A stretch of 64,000 bases of DNA, from positions 1,364,001 to 1,428,000 of the forward strand of contig JBLDXI010000021.1 in assembly GCA_047495785.1 (NCBI GenBank). Reading direction: 5' to 3'. Under the pieces are notes generated by a model, which worked only from the letters and a program-made list of their open reading frames with translations, was not told the DNA's origin and did not search any database. The translations under genes and the position numbers were made by a program. The DNA is from Lepidodermella squamata. Its lineage: Eukaryota > Animalia > Gastrotricha. Of the stretch, positions 13,412 to 23,706 are shown piece by piece. Numbering within the stretch: position 1 is the stretch's first letter; each line of letters begins with the position of its first letter.

Positions 13412-13445
13412 AGAAGGCCCAGCAAGCCAAGGCGGGCGCTGGACC
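13402..13445 (+). promoter_or_regulatory. Putative -1 ribosomal frameshift signal
   Basis: A AAT TTG heptamer (13402-13408) in gag frame directly before the gag stop. After a 7-nt spacer comes the stem ggcccagc/gctggacc. Pol is in the -1 frame. Confidence 0.65.
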
Positions 13446-16400
13446 GAAGTTGGCGGGTTCAGCGCAGAAGACGGAGGAGAAGAAGGTTGAAGAGGTTGAA
13501 GGTAGAATGAAAGCAGCTGAGGTTGACAATAAGGTTGTAAATAACGGCTGGAGTGACAAATTTCCAAGAAATTTCAGTGGTTGTGTGGTAAGAAAGCTTA
13601 AGGACGGTAAATACGTCTACGCGTTAGGTGACGGCTTCAAGTGCGTTCCTTCGGATACATTCCTGGCAGTAAACGTGCTCATGAAGAACGGTCAGAAAGT
13701 CCTGACGTTGGTAGATTGCGGCTCTACGATGTCTCTGGTTAGCGAGGAGGTGGCAAAGGCGTTCAACTTGTCCGTCACCAAAGCCATCACTTACAAGCTG
13801 ACCACGGCTGACAGTGGCCGTTTGAACACGATGGGTTGCGGAGAGGTGGACTTTCATCTTGGAAATTTGAAGTTCAGCCAAAACGTTCAGGTAGTTAAAA
13901 ATCTCAGCTGCGGGTTGTTGCTGGGCCTTGATTTTCTCATCAGGAATCGGGCAATGGTTGATTTCCATGAAGGCAGGATCATTTTTCAGAACCGTCATAG
14001 CAGCAGCTGGAGCGTTCAGATGCCTAAGGTTGAGAAACACGGAAACGTCATGACCGTGCTCAATGCAGAAATAGGGTGGGAGCAACCGGCTCTACCTTAC
14101 TTGCGCAAAAGGTCGGAAGAATGGTTCCAGGATTGCGAAGACGACGAGCCACGAGAAGAAGGTGAAGATGATAGCGCACTCTTTCCACCAGACGGGTCGA
14201 AGGTTGAAGAATTGAGCGCGGTTGAAGTAGGTAGCGAGATATCGGACGAGGCCAAGGCAAAGCTGTTCAAGCTGATTGGGGACTACAGCGACTGTTTCTC
14301 GTTCGACGGCAAGGTGAAAGAGACCAAGTCGGCAACGTTTTCGATCAAGATAACGAACCCAGCAGCAAAACCGGTCAAGGCCGAGCCTCGAAGGCGGTCC
14401 GAGAAAGACCAAGAATTCATCGCCAAGAAGTTCAAGCAACTGGAAGAACAAGGAATTGTCGTCAAAACAAACACACCCTGGATAAGCGAGGTTGTACTCG
14501 AAAAGACGAAGGATCCGGAGAATCCTAGGGTAGCAATCGATTTGACGCCGATCAACGATTTGACGGAAGATGAGTCTCAAGAAATACCGCTGATGGCCGA
14601 CTTGTTGGAAAAAGCCGCTGGACACAAGTTCTACTGCGTACTAGATATGCAAAGCGCTTACTGGGCCATTCCGGTCGACAAAGAATCGCAAAAGTACCTC
14701 GGGGTAAGGACCAGAGACGGCCACTATGCGTTTACGCGCATGCCTTTCGGGTTGAAAAATGCCGGCACAGTCTATTGCCGAATGATCAGCAAGGTTCTGG
14801 ACGGGTTGACTTACAAGATCCTGGTCTATTACATGGACGATGTTGTTATCTGGGGTGACACCGAGGAAGAAATGCTCGCGAGGTTGAAGGAGACGCTTGA
14901 CAGATTTCGCAGCCACGACCTGCAGATCAAACCGTCAAAGTGTAAGTTGTTTCAGCGCAAAATCAAGTTCATCGGGCACGAAATCTCTGAGGATGGTATC
15001 TGGGCGCTGCCGAAGCATCTCGAAGCCATTAGAAACTATGAGTTACCGACAACGCCGAAGAAAATGCGCGCTTTTCTAGGATTGGCGAGCTTCCTCAGAG
15101 GCTTCACGGCCAACATCACTGAGATGACCGCCCCTCTGCGGGACGCGGCGAATGAAAGTGGTAAACAGATCAGGTGGACAGCAGAAAGGTTGAATGCGTT
15201 CAATAACGTCAAGGAAGCGTTTCTGAAAGCTCCAGTTCTGGGCGTTCCAGATCTCAACAAACCGTTTGTCGTTTACACGGACGCTTCAAACATTGGCATC
15301 GGCGCCCTATTGTGTCAGGAGCAGGAGGGAAAGCTAAGGTTGATTTCGTCGGCGAGTCGGTCTCTCGACAAGGCCGAACGCCGCTATTCGACGATTCATC
15401 GCGAAGCATTGGCCATCTATTGGGCGGTCACGAAGAGATTCAAGGTCTATCTGCATGATCGTTTCGAGCTGCGAACGGATCATCGGCCACTAACCTGGCT
15501 AATGTCGTTCAAAGACCCTCCCCCGAAACTCTGGCGGTGGATACACGAACTTCAGCAGTTCAAATTCGACGCAGTTTACGTACCAGGCACGAAGCAATAC
15601 GCCGATGCCCTCACGAGATGCTTTCCGGAAAAGCTGGAAGAAGAAAGCCACGGTTGTTGTAACATGATTTCCAAGGAGTGCTTCCAAATCGACATGAAAG
15701 AATTGCGGAGTGAGCAGTTGGTTGACGACGAAATCGGACCCGCAATAAGGGCGAAGTCGGGTGGTCAAAAGGTAGAAAGTGGCGACTGGCGCACGCTTTT
15801 GGTGGCCCGAGAGGACAACGACTTGGTTGAGGACGCTGCAAGGGAAGGCGTCTGGTGCAAAAAGTTGGCAACGGGTGAGTTGGCCATTGTTGTACCAAAG
15901 AAATTGCGCCCTCTGATTTTGTACCATTCGCACGACTCACCCAACGGTGGACACGTCGGATACCGCAAGGCTATCAGACGAATTCGGGATCAGTTTTGGT
16001 GGCCAGGAATGTTGTCTGACGTCAAAACGCACTGCCAAGGTTGCGCGACATGCCAACTCAGGAAGGCGAGTACGGTAGCGACGAAAGGCCCGCTCAAGTC
16101 ACTGGATGCGAAATCCCCGTTTGAAATGATTTCGATTGATTTCGTCGGACCGCTACCCCGAACACGGCGTGGCAACAGGTGGATACTTACAGTGGTCGAC
16201 CATTACACGAAGTGGGCGCAAGCTTATCCCACACGTAATCGAACAGCGGAGACGGTTGCCAGCTGCTTGAAGAAGTTCTTCGCCGATCATGGTGTGTGCG
16301 AGAGGTTGTTGTCGGATCGAGGGGCCGAGTTCGAATCGGACCTGATCGACAAACTGTGTGACGCGTACGCGATCAGAAAAGCACGTACGTCAGCATACAC

Positions 16401-17220
16401 GCCATGGGCGAACGGTGTGTGCGAGCGCTTCAACCGCACAATCGGGGACATGTTGGCGACAATGGCGGTTAAGTGGCGCAAGGACTGGGACGACAACATC
16501 TCGCAGGCGCTCAGCGCCTACAGGTCGACGCCGCACGAGGCGACGGGCAAAACACCTTACATGATGGTGTACGGCCGCGAAATGCCACAGCCTCATTACT
16601 GGTTGGCTGGATCTGGCTCAGTGGCGACTAGCAGCCCTAACCCGGTGGACTATGTTCAGACGCTGCAAGAACAGCTACGACAAGTATGGGACGAAGCAAC
16701 GTTGGCACTTCAGGCGGCTAGGTTGAAGCGGGAACAGCACTACAACAAGGCCATTGCCGATCCAAAACGTTTCGCGGTGGGCGACAAAGTCCGCAGGTTG
16801 ATTGATGTCCGAGAAAACGGAAAATGGGCGGACAGATTCGAAGGGCCATTCGAAATCGTGCGCGTCCCGGAAGAAGGCAACCACGTCTGGCTTATCGACA
16901 AGGCCGGTAACGAAGTTTCGGTAAATGTCCGCAAGCTAATCCACTGGCGTGAACGGCCGAGCAACGTGTGTGTCTTCGGAGAAACGGTTGCACCACCACA
17001 ACAGGACCAAATGCAGCCTGCGGCGACGCATCAGGTAGAAAATCGCCAACTGGCATTGGTCCCGGTCAACCAGGTCGACAACGCAGAGGTGCCGGTAGCA
17101 GTCGAAACCCGAGGTAGACGAACTCGCAGTCGGCCAGCGTGGATGGACAACGGCCAGTGGGTCCTAAGTGTGCTGAGTCAAGTAGCGAAGGTGTTCTTTC
17201 AAGATGAAGTGCCGAAATAA
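13408..17220 (+). CDS. pol: Pol polyprotein (protease, RT, RNase H, integrase)
   Basis: LVDCGS protease, MPFGLKNA and YMDD RT, YTDAS RNase H, HHCC plus IDFVGP/SDRG/ERFNRT integrase, GPF motif. 1270 codons uninterrupted. Confidence 0.97.
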   Translation: MKKAQQAKAGAGPKLAGSAQKTEEKKVEEVEGRMKAAEVDNKVVNNGWSDKFPRNFSGCVVRKLKDGKYVYALGDGFKCVPSDTFLAVNVLMKNGQKVLTLVDCGSTMSLVSEEVAKAFNLSVTKAITYKLTTADSGRLNTMGCGEVDFHLGNLKFSQNVQVVKNLSCGLLLGLDFLIRNRAMVDFHEGRIIFQNRHSSSWSVQMPKVEKHGNVMTVLNAEIGWEQPALPYLRKRSEEWFQDCEDDEPREEGEDDSALFPPDGSKVEELSAVEVGSEISDEAKAKLFKLIGDYSDCFSFDGKVKETKSATFSIKITNPAAKPVKAEPRRRSEKDQEFIAKKFKQLEEQGIVVKTNTPWISEVVLEKTKDPENPRVAIDLTPINDLTEDESQEIPLMADLLEKAAGHKFYCVLDMQSAYWAIPVDKESQKYLGVRTRDGHYAFTRMPFGLKNAGTVYCRMISKVLDGLTYKILVYYMDDVVIWGDTEEEMLARLKETLDRFRSHDLQIKPSKCKLFQRKIKFIGHEISEDGIWALPKHLEAIRNYELPTTPKKMRAFLGLASFLRGFTANITEMTAPLRDAANESGKQIRWTAERLNAFNNVKEAFLKAPVLGVPDLNKPFVVYTDASNIGIGALLCQEQEGKLRLISSASRSLDKAERRYSTIHREALAIYWAVTKRFKVYLHDRFELRTDHRPLTWLMSFKDPPPKLWRWIHELQQFKFDAVYVPGTKQYADALTRCFPEKLEEESHGCCNMISKECFQIDMKELRSEQLVDDEIGPAIRAKSGGQKVESGDWRTLLVAREDNDLVEDAAREGVWCKKLATGELAIVVPKKLRPLILYHSHDSPNGGHVGYRKAIRRIRDQFWWPGMLSDVKTHCQGCATCQLRKASTVATKGPLKSLDAKSPFEMISIDFVGPLPRTRRGNRWILTVVDHYTKWAQAYPTRNRTAETVASCLKKFFADHGVCERLLSDRGAEFESDLIDKLCDAYAIRKARTSAYTPWANGVCERFNRTIGDMLATMAVKWRKDWDDNISQALSAYRSTPHEATGKTPYMMVYGREMPQPHYWLAGSGSVATSSPNPVDYVQTLQEQLRQVWDEATLALQAARLKREQHYNKAIADPKRFAVGDKVRRLIDVRENGKWADRFEGPFEIVRVPEEGNHVWLIDKAGNEVSVNVRKLIHWRERPSNVCVFGETVAPPQQDQMQPAATHQVENRQLALVPVNQVDNAEVPVAVETRGRRTRSRPAWMDNGQWVLSVLSQVAKVFFQDEVPK

Positions 17221-17804
17221 GGTTGAGAGGTTGTTTATGTGGAAAGATGGTTGTGGAAAGGTGGTTTTTCCTGCGTGAAGAAGTCGGTTTCCTTTGGTGG
17301 CCAGTTGGGGCCAGGGCTCGCTATCTCAGCGGGACATGAACTTACCGACTAACATTTCTTTGTCCATTTACGTTTTCATTGTCATCATGCTTCCTTTTTG
17401 GTTGACCTAATCAACAGTTCACGGGATCGCCCTGAACACTTTACGCTATCGATGGCATTAAATTTTTACGCGTTGGTTGTGCCGTAGCAATGTTGTTCGG
17501 CGTAATTAGTCGTTTTAAAAGTTGTGATATAGCTGTTGTGTGTGTGTGTGGATCCGGTGGTATTACAATTCGAGGTTGTTTACAACATTTTCCAACGAAT
17601 CAAATCGATTTTGAGCGTACGTTACATCAATGGCGGCCCGGCAAGTGTTAGTAAACAGGCCGTGAAGCGCGCGAATAGCAGAAACGCGCGCCTCAGGTTG
17701 CATAACATTCGCAGGATAGGCGCGTGGCGGTGTCGAGTATATTAAACACGGAAAATCAAGTGATTGGCAATCGCTACTCGTCTGAATTAACTACTGCCCC
17801 AGCA

Positions 17805-18326
17805 ATGAACGCGAAGGTAGGCCGGCTCACCGAGAAACTAACAAACGTTATCGCCGACAACATAGGTGAAGTTTCGGCGTTCGACCTCAGCGAGGTTTTT
17901 GAAAATCTCTCAGCGAAACTCGCAGAGAAAGCTAAGTCAATACAAGCCAAGGTTGAAGAAAAGAGAGCCGCAAAGCCGGAAGTCGCGTCGGTAATCTATC
18001 AAATTAAAGTCGAAAGAAAACCAGCGACCAAGCGTCTCGGGCCGAAGCAAGGGTCAAGCCGTCAAGCTGCGCTGGATCGAGCGAGCAAGTGCCGCTTCTG
18101 TGGAGCAGGGTGGCACCGCCCGATATTCTGTCGAGTCGCCGCCAAGACCACCAGGTGCGACTTCTGCAAGGAGAAGGGGCACTTCAGCTGCAACTGCCCA
18201 AAGAAGATATGCAGAGGGTGCGGCGAGCGTGGCCACATCGTCAACAATTGCCCCAAGGACGCTAACGCCGGCAAGTGTTTCAGATGCGGCAGAACGGGCC
18301 ACTTCAAACGTGAATGTCGAGGTTGA
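17805..18326 (+). CDS. ORF3 of the LTR element: basic protein with four CCHC zinc knuckles
   Basis: CRFCGAGWHRPIFC, CDFCKEKGHFSCNC, CRGCGERGHIVNNC and CFRCGRTGHFKREC. First ATG is 17805 (frame open from 17724). Lies between pol and the PPT. Confidence 0.85.
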   Translation: MNAKVGRLTEKLTNVIADNIGEVSAFDLSEVFENLSAKLAEKAKSIQAKVEEKRAAKPEVASVIYQIKVERKPATKRLGPKQGSSRQAALDRASKCRFCGAGWHRPIFCRVAAKTTRCDFCKEKGHFSCNCPKKICRGCGERGHIVNNCPKDANAGKCFRCGRTGHFKRECRG

Positions 18327-18616
18327 ACGGTCGCAACATTTCTGGTCCTGACGCCATCGCCATCGTCGAGGTAGAATTGCCGTAACACTTCTGGTACGCT
18401 ATAATTGGAAGTTGATTTTTTCCGTGTTGGTATTGCAGTAGGCGTCTTATTCGTTGTAATATAGTGTTGTACAATTTGGTGATATAACCGTGTTGTGAGA
18501 ATATTGTAATATAATTTGGCTGTTTTTTCCGATGATTTGTTCTCACTCGGTTTTTTTTTCCTGCTGATGCTTCTTTGTCAGGTGAATGGGCGAAAATTCG
18601 TAAACGAATTTTGATT

Positions 18617-18629
18617 GGGGTGGGGGGTG
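18617..18629 (+). other. Polypurine tract
   Basis: GGGGTGGGGGGTG immediately precedes the 3' LTR. Confidence 0.8.
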
Positions 18630-18832
18630 TGTGACCGGCGGTCACTTGGCTGGCACGCGCCCGTCGCTGCACCCGTGCCAAGGGACCACCTGTCGCATCC
18701 CGCCAACCCGGAGTCGCGTGCCCTCAGGTTATATAAACTGGCCCTATGTGGCCCTGAACGACAGTTATCTAGTTGCTACGAATAAAGCTGTTTGGTTGCT
18801 ATTTTGTGTTAGTTAAACCGGGGACCCTCACA
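18630..18832 (+). repeat. 3' LTR
   Basis: Identical to the 5' LTR except A18685 versus T12106. Confidence 0.97.
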
Positions 18833-19357
18833 TATACTTAACAATAAATAAAAAGAATGCAACTGCAACTGGACGTGTTTTCGGCCAGGGTACCGGGGTA
18901 AAACGGGGGTAACCGAGATCCGGGAAAAATCTGGAGCAAAAGTCCTGTCACAGGCCTAGACTAGGTCTGTACCCTGCTGGGCCCTTTCTGGCTAGGCCTA
19001 CGGCACGGGAAATCTTGGCCCTGCGGTAGGCCCGGTAGGTAAAATGCCGCTGGACCTAACCCAGGCCTAAACCCTCCCGACTGGATCGTTTTCTACGATC
19101 GAAGAATTCCCAAAAAGCGCGAGAAAGAATTATAGAAAGGATAGGCGAAGAAGCTGACTTTCTCTTTTCTCTTCAAGAGTCCAAGAACGCAAGATTAGCA
19201 ATCGCAGCTAATGGCAATTTATAGCCCTTGAACCGAAGATAGTAATTTGGAATGCAACCGCTCCGCAGTTGTAAACACCGCAACAAATGTGGAAAACTCA
19301 TTTTTCAAGGGGTGTCTGAAGATTGTCTGGAGTTAAAGCTTTGGTTCTATGCCAATT

Positions 19358-19480
19358 GAGCAAACGAAAATTGAGCAACGAAAATTGAGCAAGGGCTTTT
19401 GAGCAACGAAATGAGAGCAAACGTTAGAGCAAAACGACTTTAGAGCAAAATGAGATAAGAGCAAAACGACACGAGAGAAA
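19358..19480 (+). repeat. Degenerate minisatellite with a GAGCAA core (about 8-9 units of 12-16 bp)
   Basis: gagcaaacgaaaatt gagcaacgaaaatt gagcaagggctttt gagcaacgaaatga gagcaaacgtta gagcaaaacgacttta ... Confidence 0.7.
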
Positions 19481-20101
19481 ATTTAATAATTAATTTTAGC
19501 TCTTATTTCGATGGTTTTACGCTATAATAGACCGATCGCGTACACGCTCAAAAAACTCTGCGGCATACATAAAAGTATGCAGGGTTACCATAGATAAAAA
19601 AATACTGAAGATATGACACTCGCGCGTGCTTCCTGTTATGCTTTTTTGCAGTCAAATACACAGTATTGCAATTATTTCAAAAATTAATTAAAAATAAACA
19701 TCGTCCTCAAAAAATTACGGGAAAATTACAGCTTACTACTTGATTTTTTTTGACACCCGCTGATATAATTTGTATGCAGCGATTCCTCATATAACCTAGG
19801 GCTATAATTTTGGGTTTTGTTACTATTTTTAGCCCTGTTGCCATGGCAACGCTTGGAAATCCGGCGTGCGACTTGTGTTTTTTTCCTAAATTAATTTTTT
19901 TTTCTGATCAATCGTTCGCCCTGGAACTATGAACTATGGTAAATGTATTGGAAACCAAATCTCTGATTATATTGTTGCCACGAATCTGTATCCGAATCGA
20001 AATGAATTCATGCTAGTCAGCGTCGTCTTCACCAGCAATCAGTGTTGCTCAGTGTTTTACTCTGTGTTGTATGCTGCTATGACTGATGCTGGTTACATAT
20101 A

Positions 20102-21038
20102 CCGTAATCCGGTACAACTTTGAACACTCACGTCCATGCAAATTTAAATGTGCTGTGTAAGTTCAACAGATGCGATTTTGGTTGGGTTTTCAACGTAGTT
20201 CGATAGGGGCCGCCTTGCGTAACATCCTGATATTTTTTATTCTCGGAAATTCGCAAGCGTAAGGATTTGACGAGGGGTACCCCAAAAGTACAACTTTGAA
20301 CAGCGGAGTACAACTTTGAACACCAAGATTTCGTGTAATGAAAATCCACCTTTATTCGTGCACAGAGAATTTCGCGTGAAATTTGCGATTTTCACCTTCG
20401 TAGAGAACGGAGTGCGTGAAAATCGAAAAATAATAAGCTGTCAACATTTTTATGGTGGACTTTTTGCTCGGTATTTGAAATTAATTTGTTACCATTACGA
20501 GAAAAGAAGTCTTTTTTCTGATCACTACGTTCTCTATGGAGCATAGTGGAGTTCGGTAAATGCGAGCGAAGTCTATAAACAACTTGAAACATTCTCCTCG
20601 TAGTGAAAATAATGAATTTTTATCGTGTTCAAAGTTGTACTGGTGTTCAAAGTTGTACTTTTGAGTGTTCAAAGTTGTACCGGCTACCCTTGCAACTTTG
20701 AGCACATGCAATTCGAAAACCAATCTATAGAAGGGCGTGCCTTTTTGGCTACTTCTTCAGAAAAGTATAAGCTTGAATTCGCCAAGTTGGACCTCGCGGA
20801 TATCTGCTACGGTTTTCGCAGGACATCACTTCAAAGTAGACCAAAAACGCTGTTTTTCGGGAATTTTTAAGGAAGAGACCGTGGGGGCTATGTTGATGAA
20901 ACTTGGCAAAATGTTAGATCTCAACGAGACCTATATTCAGTAAAATTCCCAAGCGGTAGATCTCCTTGGTTTCAGAGAAAGGCTGATTTGCGTGAAATGT
21001 TCAAACTTGTACCTGTTCAAAGTTGTACCGGATTACGG
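20102..21038. mobile_element. Non-autonomous Tc1/mariner-pogo (Tc2-like CCGTA ends) element
   Basis: Perfect TIR CCGTAATCCGGTACAACTTTGAACA, TA on both flanks, and internal GTACAACTTTGAAC copies in both orientations. Confidence 0.88.
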
Positions 21039-21457
21039 TAAGCATCGGGATGAATGATCAAAGAATTATTTTTATAAGATCAGCGATTAGATCCAAGTTA
21101 AAGCTCAGGCTCGTTTGATGTAACTAAGGTTTCGTGAGTTGATGGACATGTCTTTAACTTCGACAAAAAGAAACCAAGGCAGGTCCAATGACTTTTGAAT
21201 TGCCACTGGACAAACTGGGATCCCCCATAAAATTTATGGTTGTGAACAGCTTTTATGAGCAATGGAGTCGAAATTATACCTTCAGAATCAGCCGACTAGA
21301 GAATCAGGCAGTTACACTAGCAGCTTATTTTATAACAAGCTTCTTCACGCATCAGTTTTTAATGTTGCAAAATGTTTTGGACACCTGTAGAAGCTTTCGT
21401 AATAGATGAGACACTTTCGCAAGAATTTTGCAAAATTATAAGAAACATGATGTTTTA

Positions 21458-22041
21458 CAGTGAAAGTTGTCTAAACCGGACTCGGGTCACGCCAGTCGAA
21501 ATGGTCCGGTTTAGAAATGGGAAATATGAGGGAAATATAACCCTAGGATTTTTCACATTTTACGAACTTCATTTAAGCTATACCTTTCCATATAAATAAT
21601 TGAACTACAAAGACTCCAGATGCTAGATCCGGGATGATTGGCCGATTAAAAGATTTAAAAATTTGTCGACAGGCAGGTGCCTGCTTTTCCCCCAAATCCC
21701 CTACAAAATTGGCAACTTTTATGCGTAAACTCAGACCCCAAAATCCGTCCGGTTTATACCACCAGTCCGGTTTAGATAGTCCGGTTTAGACCTGTAAGGA
21801 ACTCGGGAACACTGTTATGTTTATTGTACTGTGATTATGTCTTGATTATTGCGTTGTTGTTGATACGTCATCGTTCAGTCCTTTTAAAGATCCTGGTTGT
21901 ATTATTTAGTTATTCTGGTTATTTTCAAAGTAACAAAGCAAGCGTTGCCGAAGTTCATGACAAGACCGTAAAATTATAATGTAAAGTCCACACTTTTGGA
22001 TCGAGCCACCCGAAAACGTCCGGTTTAGACAACTTTCACTG
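21458..22041. mobile_element. pogo/Tigger-like MITE
   Basis: TIR CAGTGAAAGTTGTCTAAACCGGAC, TA TSD, internal TCCGGTTTA repeats. Confidence 0.88.
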
Positions 22042-22194
22042 TATTTCTAAACATATTTCATTTCCGACCCATCGTTCAAGTTAAAAGCATTACTAGTTTT
22101 GACAATGTTTCAAATGTTTTATTTACAGAGAGGGTGCTTCTTTACAAGGCGAAAACCTCGACGAGCTCAAAGCAACAAAACAAAGAAAATAATA

Positions 22195-23383
22195 TTATTT
22201 CAAAAGTTCCATCAATTTTTCTCGTGGTGGTACTTTGGTTAGGTTGTGCCGAATAACTAGCCCGATTGCCGGAGTAGCAGGAACAAGAAAAAATTCTCCA
22301 TTCCGAAACACCTTGCGCAAGACCTTATCCGGATCGGGGCGTTCAATCTTCTTGCTCACCAACACAGCACATGGAACTTCAAGGGTTTTTTGTTCGAGCA
22401 ATTTCAAAATCGTTTCCATTTGGTTATGTTTCACGAATGCAGAACCAACGGTATTGATTGCCTCGGCAATTTGACCCTCCAAAGTCTCCCAAACGACATC
22501 TTCTAACATCTTCTTTCCCGCATCGGTCAACTTGCCATTGTGATCTCTTTCCGCGAGTGCATAGTTTGCGAAAATTATCTTGTGTAAATGTGGGAAGCCT
22601 CCAATCACTGACCATACTGTCAACTTCAAGCCTATAGCATCTAGATCAGTGAATAGAACCTGAAATTCAGGAATCCTCCACAGTTGGTCTTGATCGTAAG
22701 GCTCAACATTTATCACATACTGTCTCCCCGTTTCCAATAGTCCAGGAGGTAACGCGTTTGGAGAGCCATCCACAATGACGTGAAGCCCAACCTTTTCTGT
22801 AAGGTTACGAACGGCACCAATAAGCTTTGCGTGAGGTTCCTTATCCCCAGGCGTCCGTTCGCTTGCACGAATCACAAGTAATGGCGATTTTCCAGTCAAG
22901 CGCTTGAATAGGTAAATCGCCCACAAAGCGCGATATTTAAGAAATAATTTGTCATTGAATGACAATTTCGTCACTGCACACAACGCCTCGTTAATAATCT
23001 CCTTCTCATCAGTTCCCGCAGGAATCTGTAACAAATAAAATCAACAAAAATATACAAAAATTGGTAACAATGTTACTTACAACGCATTCAACTACTCCGC
23101 GTTTACAGCTTGTAAACGTGTCTATCAAACACGATTTCCCAACACCTTTGGCTCCCGTAATAACGATGTATCTTTGATCGACCCAGAAACAGTTTTGAAG
23201 CAGTTCAAGTTCTTTTGTCCTAATAGAGCGCGGACGCATATCAGGAGACTTCAACAGCAGACCAAGTGTCGGCAGCGCAGAGATGCCAGCTATTCCTACA
23301 ACACTTCCAACAACCCATTTGACAGATGGTCGCTGAAAGACTCGTGCCACCGGTCTCCAATATTGTCGCAGTTTGCTAAGCAT
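22195..23383 (-). CDS. Two-exon P-loop NTPase (AAA/STAND-like) with an N-terminal basic leader and hydrophobic segment
   Basis: Exons 23383-23081 and 23025-22195, 55-bp phase-0 GT-AG intron, 377 aa. Walker A motif VITGAKGVGKS. Confidence 0.75.
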
Positions 23384-23706
23384 AATAGATCTATAGGGAG
23401 CAGAAATTAGATAAGAATTAGATACAGATAAATCCATTAGTAAGAATAGAAGAAATAGTTTTTTATCAAAAAATTAAATAAATTAAATTATTTATTAAAA
23501 TTAAATGCAAGAGCGAATAGGTTCATAGGTTGTATTCCCATACAATCATAAATGTTATCTGTTTTTTTTTACCAAACATTGCTGCATAAACTGCACTAAG
23601 ATGAGTAAATCGCGAGTTCAGATATGAACGATTTACGAATGTTATGTATTATATTATTTTATAGAATTTTATAGAGAATACTGCCCGATAGCCACGGTTT
23701 ATTTGA

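Larger units (their letters stand above)
12051..18832 (+). mobile_element. Complete Ty3/Gypsy LTR retrotransposon (6782 bp) with gag, pol and an extra ORF3
   Basis: 203-bp TG...CA LTRs differing at one base, 5-bp TSD TATAC (12046-12050 and 18833-18837), PBS, PPT, and PR-RT-RH-INT domain order. Confidence 0.98.

Noticed and set aside
12403-16964. Antisense ORFs within gag/pol (e.g. 12403-13014, 14092-14625)
   Set aside because: These are shadow ORFs of long coding frames with no recognisable motifs.
17724-18326. env gene
   Set aside because: No signal peptide, TM segment or fusion-protein features; the ORF is a zinc-knuckle array.
9770-19080. Large TIR element enclosing the LTR insertion (GGGCC/CTAGG-rich patches at about 9780-9930 and 18890-19080)
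   Set aside because: Similarity is patchy, with no definable termini or TSD.
19358-19480. CRISPR-like array
   Set aside because: Units are far too short, there are no cas genes, and the context is eukaryotic.
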